From Mizuhopecten yessoensis (Eukaryota), in contig NW_018406931.1 of the NCBI RefSeq assembly GCF_002113885.1, positions 367,253 through 431,252 of the forward strand: DNA of 64,000 nt, read 5' to 3'. A program made the position numbers and the translations under genes. A model generated the notes under the pieces. That model was not told the DNA's origin, made no database searches, and was given only the letters and a program-made list of their open reading frames with translations. Below, one piece after another: positions 1-13,569 of the stretch; the first letter of the stretch is position 1; each line of letters starts with the position of its first letter.

Positions 1-2668
1 TTTTAATCCAAGACATCTTGAGTGCATGACAAAAAGTTAAAACATGTGGGAGACGTAGTCCCCCATTATGATAATCACTATACATTACATTTCTCTTGAT
101 TTTGTCAGGCTTTCCATCCCACAAAAAATTGAAAAAACATTTTTGCAATTCTATTATGATATATGAAGGTGGGTCTGGAAGAACAGTTAATGTCTGGATG
201 AGGATAGGTAATGCTAGAGTTCGTATAACAGTTACTCTTCCTATGTATGAGAGATTTCGGAAAGACCAATTTTTCAATAAATTTTTGACTGATTTTAATT
301 TTTCATTGTAATTGTCTTCAAATATATTTGGTTTTTGAAAATTGTATTTTATTCCCAAAAGTTCAAAAATTCCCTGGTGATTCCATAATAAATTTCTTTA
401 AGGTAGAAGTTCCAACCCACAACCCCGTCTCGCCCCAATCCAAACTGCTTTTTCAACATTTATTTTGAGACCTGATGCTTTCGCAAAATTGTCCAAAATG
501 TCTAAAGTTGTTGCAAGGGAAACTGGATCATCAGATAATGTGAAAGATGTGTCATCTGCAAATTGGTTAATTAAATATTCTGAATTATTGATAGTAATGC
601 CATTTATATTTGGGTTAAATTTTAGAGCTGAACTAAGTAGTTCTACACATAAAATGAATATATAGGGACTTACAGGGTCCCCCTGTCGTACTCCACGTTG
701 TACATCAAAAAAATCAGAACAGTGTCCATTATTTATAATACAACATGAACTATTTTTGTTAAGAGATTTAATCCATTGGATAATGGATGGCCCGAAACCA
801 TAAAATTGTAGAGAGTCGAAAATAAAATTAAATTCCAAAGAGTCGAAGGCTTTTTCGAAGTCAATCAATAAAAGAAGGCCTGGAATATTATTTTTTTCTG
901 TTTTTTCTATTAAATCAGCAATTAATCTAGTACATTCCCCAATATATCTTCCTTTTAAAAACCCTTTCTGTGTATCACTAATGAGGATGTCTAACACTTT
1001 CTTTAGTCTGTTTGAAATAACGGATGAAGCAATTTTATAATCCACATTTAAAAGCGTTATAGGTCTCCAGGTCTTCATATATACTGTAGATTTACCTTCT
1101 TTAGGGATACAAGTTATCATACCACGTCGTTGCGAAATTGAGAATTAACCATCTAGATGTGCTTGATTCAGTGAGCGAATTAAAAAAATATGTATATCTG
1201 CCCAGAAGAATTTGTAGAATTCAACAGTGTATCCATCAATACCAGGTGATTTATCAATCATTTTTTCATATTTTTTACTGAGAAAAGACACTCCCGGTAC
1301 TCTAATATACCTTCTAATTGATCACTTTGTGCAGCTGATAATTTGCTTATGAAAGGATTTGAATCATCGAAAAAATTGTGTTGATTATTTTCTGTTTTTT
1401 TTATATATAAATTCACATAATAAAGTTTCTGTTCTGCCATTATATCCTTAAGATCAGTAAGTTCCTGTCCATTTTCTTTAATAAGTTTGGGGATGAGTTT
1501 TTCCTGAAAATGTCTTTTCTCTAGATTGCAAAAATATTTAGTACTTTTTTTCCCCTTCTACTTTCCATCTTGATTTTGCTCTTAAAATAATACCCTTAAT
1601 TTTTCTCTCCCTAAGTAATCTTAATTCATTCTCGAATTCCTCAATAATATCTAATTGTCTGTTTTCTGCTTTGAACTCTAACTGTTTTTCTTCTAGGCCC
1701 CTTCCCCTTTTTTTTTTGGCCGAGTAAGCAATAGTCTTTCCCCTTATTGTGAATTTGATGGTTTCCCATAACAAGTTATTGCTAATCGTAAATGTTAATA
1801 AGTCCCTATTTTCTACTTCAGGATTTTCTGCATATTGATTAAGTACTACATTTATACATTCTTTTACTAAATTTACATAATCTGGATCTCTCAATAAACT
1901 ATTGTTAAATTTCCATGTTCCTTTACCCCTATTTTGTGTTATGAATTCGAGTTCTATTGATATTGGACAATGATCTGACCTATAGCTTATCTCAATATCA
2001 CTCTTAACAACAGTAGAAACCAAATCTGAAGACACTAGAAAATAGTCTAATCTTGCCTGTTTTCTGTTTGGTCCATGCCAAGTAAAGAAGTTTACATCTG
2101 GGTTTTGCTCTCGCCATATATCAATGAGATCAAAAGTATCTATAATATCTATAATTTTACCCTGATTTACTATATTGTTTCTATTTATGTAGTTTTTCGT
2201 ATCCTTAACATAGTTTTGTGGTGCATTCCAGTCACCACCTATGATGATAGATGTATTCTCGCATAATTCAAGATGATGCGAAAGTTGATGATACAAATTA
2301 ACATCTGTATTATTTGGTCCATATACTGCCACTAAAGTTAAGTTTTTATCAGATGAAATCAAAAGAATATTTAAAATTAAGAAATTTCCATTTTGATCCT
2401 CTTTTTTTGACAAAAATTTGAATCCAAAAGAGTTTTTAAATAGGATTGCTACTCCTCTGCTATTTGACGTATATGAACTAAACCAGGCTTCATATCCCCT
2501 TTCATTTTTCCATTGATTTTCAACCTTTAAATCTGAATGTGTATCTATAAGAAAAACAATGTCATATTTATTCCTACATTTTTCAAAGAAATCCCTTCGT
2601 TTTATTGGATCTGAAGACAACCCTCTACAATTTAAGCTTCCGATTATAAGCCCTTTAGCCATGGTCAT
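1..2668 (-). mobile_element. Degenerate L1/Tx1-clade LINE ORF2 (APE endonuclease + reverse transcriptase), running off the left edge
   Basis: ORF 1538-2668 has APE motifs (SLNCRGL, GVAILF, VYGPN, GGDWN, ARLDYFL, SDHCPI) and the L1-type WKFNNSLL. ORF 398-1120 has RT motifs (WRPITLLNVDYKI, DFEKAFD, RGVRQGDPVSP, FADD). The frame is broken near 1540, 1260 and 400. Confidence 0.93.
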
Positions 2669-2669
2669 A

Positions 2670-3365
2670 AATGCATCTACATGGTTCTATATATTTCTTG
2701 CAACTCAAAAAGAAATGGTAGTTGTCTTCAACAGGTAAGCTACTTGTACACTGTTGATCATCAACCAAATTAACTCGATATAGGTATTTTTTTAAAGACT
2801 TGAACGGTTTCTTAATTTTGTATGCGAAATTTGTTTTTCATCGCCATAGAAATAGTATTTAGGAACATTTGTCAAATTTGTATTCTGGATACAGTTTCTG
2901 AATGATTGTAATGTAAGACTATGTTTATTATTAACAGGCAAATGATTCCACAGTGTAAGTGTTGAAGAAAAGAAGGAAGAGATAAGTAAAGCTTCTGTTT
3001 TTGCAAGATCAAATTTATCTAGTCACTTATCTGCCCACAGTTGTATCTTTACATGATCCAAAGATAAAAGAGAAGTATCATCGGCAAAAAGTGTCGATAG
3101 ACTTTCTTAATTATCTGTTTTATCATTAATATAGAGTATGAAAAATAGCTGGCCGAGAACCGAACCCTATGGCACACCTTTATTAGTTGCCAAAACAGAA
3201 AATGTTCTGTTTTCCAAAGAAAACTGGTTGGGATATATCAGTAGCATAATTTCATTAGCCAGACCCGTAAATTTCCTGAGATTCTATAGCTAGCTAATTT
3301 CACTACCAGCTCCTTATGTCACACTCGATCAAACGCTTTAGAAATCTCAACAAAACTAAACAAGT
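2670..3365 (-). mobile_element. CR1-type LINE fragment, internally deleted
   Basis: Minus-strand translation gives ISKAFDR (~3340), GVP*GS (~3170) and LFADDT (~3080). It then jumps to the CR1-like C-terminal domain (STLTLWNHLP...HTKLRNRSSL...EDNYHFFLSCKKY). Confidence 0.8.
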
Positions 3366-4749
3366 GTACGAGATATACCTGAACACCTACATGTTGGATA
3401 CGATATGAGACATCTTGATGGATTGCACATGTGGTTCAGTAAACGCTTACCCTCCCAAAGTGCGTGGTTATCATCCTCCAACTTATTTGTGGGATCTTCT
3501 TATGTTTTGTTGTTTTAATTTAATGTTGGTAAGTGTTTTGTACTGTTGTTTATTGAAGCTACTTGTTCACTTTTCTTTTTCTTTTGTTTTTTGTGTCTTT
3601 TGTTTGTAATTTGCTCTTAGTTTTACTGTTATGGTTATGACTAATGCGTTGAAATATGATATCATTTTGTTGAATTAACGTAAAGGAAAGAAATAATTGC
3701 ATTCAAGTTTATATCATTGCGATATTTGTTTGAGATATCCTTGTCTCACCCTTGGGTTGAGACGGGGGTATTCATCACTCAAAATAATGCAAGGTTTACA
3801 GAGCCATTTTATTTGTCAATGTTCGAATGTTATGTTTGAACATCATTTTGCTTATTGCTACATAACATTCGAACAATCTCCCTTCAAAGAAAGACAAACT
3901 TATAAATCTTTGGCATATCATATTTTATAAAATGCTCTGATTCAGAAACAAAATTAGCCGATTTAATTTTCTTCGTAAGGATCAAACCCAGGTTATGTAG
4001 AACATCCGTGTTCAGTGTTCCGTATCCTCTCATCGCCATTTTAAATATATTTGTGTTAAGTGAACTTGCTTACAAGAATCGCCTAACGTAAAGCTTTAGT
4101 TTATGCCCATTTTCAATGGATGTTCCTATTGTAAAGGAATTGAACCTGTAAAGATTCCTGACCAGTCCCAGTCGGTGCAGCATATGCCCTGGGCCACCGT
4201 AATGATGTGTTCCCTTTTGATTTGGTGTCTCGTTTACATTCATTGTTCAATGTTTGCCCTATTTGTATCTATAGTGAGTTCGAGTTAAGCTTTTGTTAAC
4301 ACTTCGGTATTCTCCTGTTGTTTTGTGTATCAGTACCGAGTTCGAAGTTTGTCCTTTAACCATAGACATTTGATTATAGTATGAATATGAATGAAAAATG
4401 TAAAACATGATGCTGCTTACCAGTGTCGTATTAATGGTGTGTCTTTCTACCACTGTGCAAAAGAAAAACGTTTTAATAAGGAGTAAGAGGTGAAACGTGA
4501 AAAAGAAGACACCGCTTGCTTTTTTTTCTTTTCATCTAAGTCCAAAACTTGACCCTATTGAATATGTACATAACCTATAAACTTTGTAAATATTATTTAT
4601 ATAATTTGTTTAAATACATAATATAAATGTAGGTGAATGTTATCTTTTCATTATTAAATAGAAATTTTAACTTCCAATTTGTTTAGTTTTTGCCTTTTTT
4701 GTGGCAAAAGAATTAACTGAAATGCAAAAATGTTCTAGTGACGTCAGGC

Positions 4750-4958
4750 TCGAGAAACATCCTGCACCATATTCTTAAATGCTATGTCCGATATAAGTGT
4801 ATGACCATTCTGAGTTGATATACTACACGAAAGACATGTCAAAACATCACAGTCTTTACAGTGTAAAAATCACCTCCTTACTTCTATTAACAGAACACTT
4901 TTTTGAGTCCGACATGTGCTTTGCGCTGAAACTCTGCCAATGGTATATTAGAAGCCAT
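4750..4958 (-). pseudogene. Diverged 5' relic (B-box only) of the TRIM-NHL-like family
   Basis: Reads MASNIPLAEFQ...KCSVNRSKEVI(frameshift)HCKDCDVLTCLSCSISTQNGHTLISDIA, homologous to the N-termini of the intact paralogs. Not present in the ORF track. Confidence 0.82.
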
Positions 4959-5119
4959 TGGTTGAACTATGCTGAACGCTTGTACAGTGAAGATGATTAT
5001 GGCATCTTTACCCACCTTATCATTATGTCCTGGCCTAATGTAGGACCAGGTACTATTTCGGTACTATAGTGCGTTTCAAACAACAATTTTTAATAAATAA
5101 ATACACGATGTAGATACTG

Positions 5120-5316
5120 TACTGTATACCCGGAAATATTCACCTTAGTTAAACTTTCGCCCTTTTCAACCTCTCCGATGAGGTCGAATTTATCATCACA
5201 GAAAATATAAGCACACAACATACACTATATAATTGTTACATGCGAATGTGCGAACATGGATTTTATCGACAAACGGCAAATATTTGTACTAGGCGAAATT
5301 TTCCCAGTATTCTGTA
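5120..5316. mobile_element. TA-flanked MITE (Tc1/mariner-like, non-autonomous)
   Basis: Imperfect TIRs: TACTGTATACCCGGAAATATTCACC versus the reverse complement of the right end, TACAGAATACTGGGAAAATTTCGCC. Confidence 0.55.
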
Positions 5317-6589
5317 TCTTACTTTTATGTACATTTATAGTTACATATTTACAACATGTTTAAGTTATATCTTGCCATGTGGTAACGCGCGATTATTTCA
5401 CCAAAATTGACAATTAACCAGTGACAGTAAAGTAGGATTCACAATTATCTTGAAATAAATATAGGATTTTACACACGATATTTCACTTTAGTCATCAGAT
5501 ACCTTCATAATATAAAGTTTGTATTTCTTTTGTATTCTGTATAAGTACACAATGATACCAGCAGTCAAGGGTCTCCATGGAAATATTTTCGTTTTTCATA
5601 TTTTGCGCTATTTTCATAATTATGAGTTTTAGTAATGGTGTTGTTTGGTTGTAAAGTCTTTTTATATAAATTATATCGAATAAGAGGCAGATGTTTTGTC
5701 AATGTACGCTGTTATTATGAACTTAAACAAAGGGAGCTAATTGTATGACTGCGGTATATATATTATATGTGATTGAAGTAAGAGTTTCGTGTTTCATTGT
5801 GTTAAGAATTGAGAGTTATCTTTCCTGCTTTGGAGGATTATAGTATAATTGTTTTCCCATAAGCTCCTCTTCAAATCAAACGACAGTAGTTTTTAAAACG
5901 GAAAATGGCCCTTTCTGACAGTATGCCACAAGGAACGATTAAAATAAAAAATACAACTTGTAGAAATGAAGACAAACAACCTATCTCAGATAATGATATA
6001 ACCTGGACTAAGTTCTGCTTCACCAATATCATTCATTCCACTGAGAATCAAACAGTGATTCAGAAATTGACAGACCACATATTTTTCCATGAATTTTCTT
6101 TATCATTTAGTACACACAGGACGTCTCTTACCATGTATTATGCTGATTAAATTTCCAAACAAAAGGTTCCCATCAAAGGCCGACAAATTTTACAGATATT
6201 CTTCTTCCAATATTATGCATTGAAAGTACCGCAATAATATCGTAAAACCTCCATATACCAACCTATTTCTTGAAAGCATCATATATCAAACCTATCTTTT
6301 TCTTTACACTCCTTTGCACGTCTTCAATGTAATACCCAAACTCCATTATATAAAGTGAAATTTTCACTAAAGAAAAAGAATCTATCCGGGGAAAAAAGAA
6401 GAAAACTGGTTTGTCTACTTTCATTTCATTTTCCTGAGTAAAGTTTTGACGTGTAAGGGTTATGCAGGCATTGCAAGTCTTCGCCACAGCTTGACAGAAA
6501 GCAACATCAGATTACGACATCCTAAACTAATTAATTTGATACAAAGCTCAAATTGTTACATTTTAACACACACATAATAACACTCCTTG

Positions 6590-7535
6590 TATTATATATA
6601 GGATCTTACACATGTTTCCATTTCATATGAAATGGAAACGATTGTAAGATCCTTTTAATCATATAACTGAAATACTGTCCTTTCATTTGTTAAAACAAAC
6701 AATTGCATCGTCCGTCATTTCATCAGTTGTTTTTTGTTGACATGACCGAAGCACTACTATCAAAATGTATGTCAGATCTATATGCGCTGTAAGAAATAAT
6801 CACAGATGATTTTTAAAAAGTCAATCGAACTTCATGGATTAATATTATATTTAATCCATTTTTTCAATGCTTTGTACAAAAATAGAACTTCAGCTGAAAT
6901 CTCGAGACAATTCTTAACAAAAACAGAGCTACACGTTCACATGGGTCACGCTACGTCACAGCGCGCGACATTCCAAAGCGTCACAAATTACGCGGAAATT
7001 TGAGATGTCAACAGCTTCACTGAGACTGACTATCACTGTCGATAATCCTACGTCGTTTCACTGGTTTTGGAAGTGATGTGGAATATTGTTGATGAATGTT
7101 TATGTCAAAATGTCAACCGTAAATATTTCCTCCAAGCACATAATGCACATTTCCATGGAAATTGAATGTTATCTCCGATCTACTCTTGGAAGTCCGCGTA
7201 ACTTTATTGTTTTGTAAGTGTGTTGCCATCTGTGTACCGTTGTTAAGAACGTTTGGCAAACTCCCCGAGTACGATGGATTAGACAATATTTCATAAATTT
7301 GTTTGTGTTTGTTATCACCCATCGTGCTGTAATTATTTACGGACTGGATAATACGATGACCGGTGTACTGCACAATGGTGTTTGGCGGAACGCTATTGCT
7401 GACCAGTTTCTACCAGACGTAGAGCGGAGTAATTTACTATCGTGGGAAAGTGTGATGCGGTCAACTAATCAAAATCGCTCCAGGTCATATAAGAGGAGTT
7501 ATTCACTGCATAACAGGGGAGTTATATGATAAAAT
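6590..7535 (-). mobile_element. Crypton-like element remnant with a tyrosine-recombinase C-terminal fragment
   Basis: About 7440-7280 translates to NYSALRLV(fs)KLVSNSVPPNTIVQYTGHRIIQSVNNYS, resembling the HxxR...GH...Y catalytic tail of Crypton/DUF3504 recombinases. The terminal sequences recur at ~59270-59310 and ~59995-60050. Boundaries are approximate. Confidence 0.65.
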
Positions 7536-7927
7536 AAGATCATTTTATCCATATATTCGTAATTAATATTACCAAATGAAAGCTTTTGTTTCATATTTAT
7601 AAAGAATTCAATTGTATTCCCCATAGAATTATACTATATGATAAGCACACTTTTCTTCACATCAAAAATGTTAAAACAATGAGAGTTGTTGACCTGATGC
7701 AATGAAACAAATACATCTGCCAATGTGACAACTGTCCGCAAAAAATAGATCGAGCAAAACCTATTTGTAATTTAATTGAACACATATATAACAAATACAA
7801 TACGGCAAACAGCAATCCTGCCGTCATGAATATTTTGGTAATATGCAAAATATTGATCCTGTATAAAAGGTTTAAGGTATCTCACTCAGCCAATCACTTC
7901 CATCGGGATTGTGTTAGTTTTATGTCT

Positions 7928-8260
7928 TTAGTGATTGATACAGTCCTGGACGTGTATCTGTAGGGTATCAACATCAGGACATGACAGGTTACACTTCGGA
8001 CAGCACAGCGACTGGTAATCTCCCTCCTCCAACTGGCATCCACATCTCTGGACGTGCCTCTGTAGGGTATCAACATCAGGACATGGCAGGTTACACGTCG
8101 GACAGTACGGCGGCTGGTAATCTCCCTCGTCCATGTGACATCTACATCTCTGGTGCCTCTGTAAGGAATAAAGATCATGCCATGCCAAGTAACACTTCGG
8201 ACAACGCATCGACTGGTATTCTCCCTCCCTCAGGTGACTTCCACCGCCCCAAGCCGTTGG
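7928..8260 (-). CDS. Terminal exon encoding three tandem NEMO/optineurin-type CCHC (UBZ) zinc fingers
   Basis: A phase-0 acceptor (tctctctgcttacAG, 8261) is followed by an open frame to TAA. The last finger, CCPKCNLSCPDVDTLQIHVQDCI, closely matches the NEMO C-terminal finger ([22 protein letters not shown]). Repeat periods are 102 and 99 bp. No upstream exons were identified. Confidence 0.75.
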   Translation of the reverse strand, partial: PTAWGGGSHLREGEYQSMRCPKCYLAWHDLYSLQRHQRCRCHMDEGDYQPPYCPTCNLPCPDVDTLQRHVQRCGCQLEEGDYQSLCCPKCNLSCPDVDTLQIHVQDCINH

Positions 8261-8619
8261 CTGTAAGCAGAGAGAGTACAAGGTCAGTTATAGGTTTGTG
8301 CTTAAAACAACTTTTTTCACAATTATTTGGATGGATGGAATAATCAATAACATGTCAATCTCTTGTTCAAAAATGTGATCTTGCAAACAACTCTCAGTGC
8401 GGTTTAACATGACTTTTGATGTCTTGGTATCTACAAAGAAATCAACATTACTTCATTGTCATTGTAATATCTTCCAATTTTACTTTATATTTTCAATCCG
8501 TACTGCTCTCGTGGTACGAGCATCTACTCCATTCACCATAATTTACAAACACTTTACTGATTTTCTGACAATTGCTAAACCTCCATGCCACTTATTAAAT
8601 AGATAACAGAATATACACA

Positions 8620-10952
8620 CCACATTATCAACTGTTAATCTACAACACACATACATGACACCACATCATCAACTGTTAACCTACAACACACATACATGAC
8701 ACCACATTATCAACTGTTAACCTACATCGCACATACATGACACCACATTATCAACTGTTAACCTACATCGCACATACATGACACCATATTGTCTACTGTT
8801 AACCTACAACACACATACATGACACCACACTATCAACTGTTAACCTGCATTACACATACATGACACCACATTATCAGCTGTTAACCTACAGCACACATAC
8901 ATGACACCACATTGTCTACTGTTAACCTATAACACACATACATGACAACACACTATCAACTGTTAACCTACATCGCACATACATGACACCATATTGTCTA
9001 CTGTTAACCTATAACACACATACATGACACCACACTATCAACTGTTAACCTGCATTACACATACATGACACCACATTATCAACTGTTAACCTACAGCACA
9101 CATACATGACACCACATTGTCTACTGTTAACCTATAACACACATACATGACAACACACTATCAACTGTTAACCTACATCGCACATACATGACACCATATT
9201 GTCTACTGTTAACCTATAACACACATACATGACACCACACTATCAACTGTTAACCTGCATTACACATACATGACACCACATTATCAACTGTTAACCTACA
9301 ACACACATACATGACACCACATTATCAACTGTTAACCTACAACACACATACATGACACCACATTATCAACTGTTAACCTACAACACACATACATGACACC
9401 ACATTATCAACTGTTAACCTACAACACACATACATGACACCACATTATCAACTGTTAACCTACAACACACATACATGACACCACATTATCAACTGTTAAC
9501 CTACAACACACATACATGACACCACATTATCAACTGTTAACCTACAACACACATACATGACACCACATTATCAACTGTTAACCTACAACACACATACATG
9601 ACACCACATTATCAACTGTTAACCTACAACACACATACATGACACCACATTATCAACTGTTAACCTACAACACACATACATGACACCACATTATCAACTG
9701 TTAACCTACAACACACATACATGACACCACATTATCAACTGTTAACCTACAACACACATACATGACACCACATTATCAACTGTTAACCTACAACACACAT
9801 ACATGACACCACATTATCAACTGTTAACCTACAACACACATACATGACACCACATTATCAACTGTTAACCTACAACACACATACATGACACCACATTATC
9901 AACTGTTAACCTACAACACACATACATGACACCACATTATCAACTGTTAACCTACAACACACATACATGACACCACATTATCAACTGTTAACCTACAACA
10001 CACATACATGACACCACATTATCAACTGTTAACCTACAACACACATACATGACACCACATTATCAACTGTTAACCTACAACACACATACATGACACCACA
10101 TTATCAACTGTTAACCTACAACACACATACATGACACCACATTATCAACTGTTAACCTACAACACACATACATGACACCACATTATCAACTGTTAACCTA
10201 CAACACACATACATGACACCACATTATCAACTGTTAACCTACAACACACATACATGACACCACATTATCAACTGTTAACCTACAACACACATACATGACA
10301 CCACATTATCAACTGTTAACCTACAACACACATACATGACACCACATTATCAACTGTTAACCTACAACACACATACATGACACCACATTATCAACTGTTA
10401 ACCTACAACACACATACATGACACCACATTATCAACTGTTAACCTACAACACACATACATGACACCACATTATCAACTGTTAACCTACAACACACATACA
10501 TGACACCACATTATCAACTGTTAACCTACAACACACATACATGACACCACATTATCAACTGTTAACCTACAACACACATACATGACACCACATTATCAAC
10601 TGTTAACCTACAACACACATACATGACACCACATTATCAACTGTTAACCTACAACACACATACATGACACCACATTATCAACTGTTAACCTACAACACAC
10701 ATACATGACACCACATTATCAACTGTTAACCTACAACACACATACATGACACCACATTATCAACTGTTAACCTACAACACACATACATGACACCACATTA
10801 TCAACTGTTAACCTACAACACACATACATGACACCACATTGTCTACTGTTAACCTACAACACACATTCACGACACCACATCGTCAACTGTTAACCTACAA
10901 CACACATACATGACACCACATCGTCAACTGTTAACCTACAACACACATACAT
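8620..10952. repeat. 41-bp minisatellite, about 57 copies
   Basis: Unit CACCACATTATCAACTGTTAACCTACAACACACATACATGA. Confidence 0.97.
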
Positions 10953-11569
10953 GGATGGAATATAATATCTTTTTAGATGTCATAGCAGTTTTCTTACAAC
11001 TCATGGTTGCAATGCGTGCCTTTAACATAACGAATATTTCTATGTATCACACCCTCAGTCAAAGTATCAATAAAACTGTCCTGGGGAATGTTTATTGTGT
11101 GAACATTACCCTTGACTCAGTCGATGATAATATTATAGTCGCTATTGATTGGATTCTCCTCTCGTGACATCTCTTAAATTCGTGCATAATAATGACGTAA
11201 CATTTTCTTTTGTTGAGATAAGTAGCAGTCGGGAAAAGACATCACACGCTTACACCAGTATCCCTATAGTATTGATAAAATGTTATGACTACAATTTTAA
11301 CCACAATGTTTCCGACAGATTGCAGCTTGGTAAGTTTAAAGAATGGGAGATAAGGCCAATCATCATTTTACATGAAAAATGGACCTAAAGTACCCAATAT
11401 GCTGCAACAAAGAATAAATTGATAAACAAAAATGACACCAGCAATAACCAAACACATCGCCTATAACCTACATGGACATTGATGTGGGTGTAGGGGTATT
11501 TAACGTAAGGATGTGCTGACTGAAACCGAAATCGTAAAAACAATAACCCACACATTTTTCTTCTTGTAA

Positions 11570-12281
11570 ATCTGCCATAGTCTTTGATTGAACCTTTTCT
11601 GAAGAAGCATTCGGAGGTCATGAGGAAGTATTCAACATCCCCAAAGCCTTCCGCAACTGGACAGTGATTAACGTACAAGGATGGAAGTCGGCTTCGTGCA
11701 GCACCGGTCCTTCTGGGATGTCCTCAGCGGATAGGTCAGACGCCGAGTCATAAACTAGTATATCTGTACCCGTTTGTAGTATTTCCTTGACTCTCTCACC
11801 TGTTCTAGAAGAGAGTTGTACCGTTGTTGTAGTTCTTCTTTGTACTTCAAAAGCAAGTCTCTGTTGTCTCTTTCTAAACTATCACAGTTTGCTACAAACT
11901 CGTCGGTAAGGACATTGATTTGTTTTTTACATACCTGCCCCTGGGCGCTTCTTCACTTACTGGCCAAGATCCTTAAAGTTGTCGTTTTCACGGATTTTAT
12001 TTTTAATTGATTGCATTTCATTGGAGTTGAATGAGTTTGTTATATTCGATGTCGTGAATGAAATCCTGCATAACATCCTTCTTCTGAAGCGCTATGTCCG
12101 ATATTTCCGTAAGTGTTTGACGATTGTGAGTCGATATACTGCACGAAAGACATACCAAAATACTGCAGTCAGTACAGTGTAAAATCACATCCTTATTTCT
12201 ATGGACAGAGCACTTTGTATTCCCTTTCCTCCGGATAGGTATCTGGGCTTGCAGTTCTGTCAGTGGTACGTTGGAAGCCAT
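11570..12281 (-). pseudogene. Truncated TRIM-NHL-like pseudogene (B-box + coiled coil, propeller missing)
   Basis: Near-identical to the 5' half of the intact paralogs. It carries a small deletion near 12025 that gives KLIQLQ*, an in-frame TAA near 11958 and a small insertion near 11945. Homology stops in the linker at about 11570. Confidence 0.9.
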
Positions 12282-13569
12282 TGTATATGGCGACCGCGTT
12301 GTCTTGTTTTTCTCAAAATCTACAAGGGAGTTGCTAATGGCTGGTGTATGTGTTGCACATGTGCCATTCTATTGGGCAAGCAAGCAGTTTGGTCTTTCAC
12401 ATGAATATCGTGAAGACCTTAAGGCTAGAATCTGAGAGCTCTACTAAAAGTTAGATGCACGAGAATATATCAAATATGTCCTGAAGATAATGATATGGAA
12501 TATTAAAATAGAATAGCAATATGCATTGGTAACTTCTCGGCTTGTTTTAATATTGGGGTTCCGTAGTGCCTAGTTCCAAAGATAGTGTGACACAGATTGA
12601 CACCTGGACTTTGTTATCAGCTCTATAACATCATGTTATCAGCTGTATAAACATATATATGTATATGTGGCCGCGAAATGGAGTCCGATTATATTCAGTT
12701 AAGTTTTCAAAGTTATCATCTAGAACTGCCTTATTTTTTTTAATAATGATTTTGATAAAGTAGCAGCATCGAAAAAAGGTAGAAAAGAAAATGCAAACCT
12801 CAGAAATATTATTTTTTTCCATGATCAAAAACTGAACAAAAATGCAATACTATTGTCACTGTATTTAACACACAATCAAAGCCAAATATCTAAGTTTAAC
12901 ATTTCAACAAAACCTCATTCATTTCCAATAATTCTAACAAAATAGATAAAAAATTAAAAATTCCTTTGGCCAATTGAATAATGAATTCCAATAATGCTAC
13001 AGAACAAGAATATAAATACAAATTAAACCTTGTTTCATGTAATTTATGAATGTCTATAATACTTTGTTGTTATGTTTCAGTATCATGCATTTTAAAGTAC
13101 TGTATTAATTTTATCTATTGTTGATATGAGCGGACGCTGACAGTTAGAAGGAGATGAGAAGGTCAAAAGTGGTATGAATCTGTGGATATTCTTAGTACCC
13201 TATATAAGAACGTGCACTAGCTGACACTATGTTACAAGCCTGCTGAAGATGATGGAAGAACAAGGTATGTACCTTCTTTTTACATCATGATCTAATTTTG
13301 AAAAATATCTGAAAGGGAATTTTATTACCCACCACCTCCCCTTCTGGTCTCCTTCTCAATATGATTATTCCTTCTTTAAGGGACGTTTTCTTACCCCATC
13401 TTAGACTTTTAAGTACATTGAACAAAAACTTTAAAAGATAAAGTTTTTATATAAACATATCGTTTAGAATAAAAACGGCCATATTCAATTGATTTGAAGT
13501 GTTCTAGTTTTTATGCACTTAACATGTCTTAAAAGCTTGCCATGGTGATATTTACTTTGAACAGACATG

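Noticed and set aside
8620-10952. CRISPR-like array (also considered for 40825-41640, 47627-48378 and 55211-57496)
   Set aside because: The units are head-to-tail with no unique spacers, there are no cas genes, and the context is eukaryotic.
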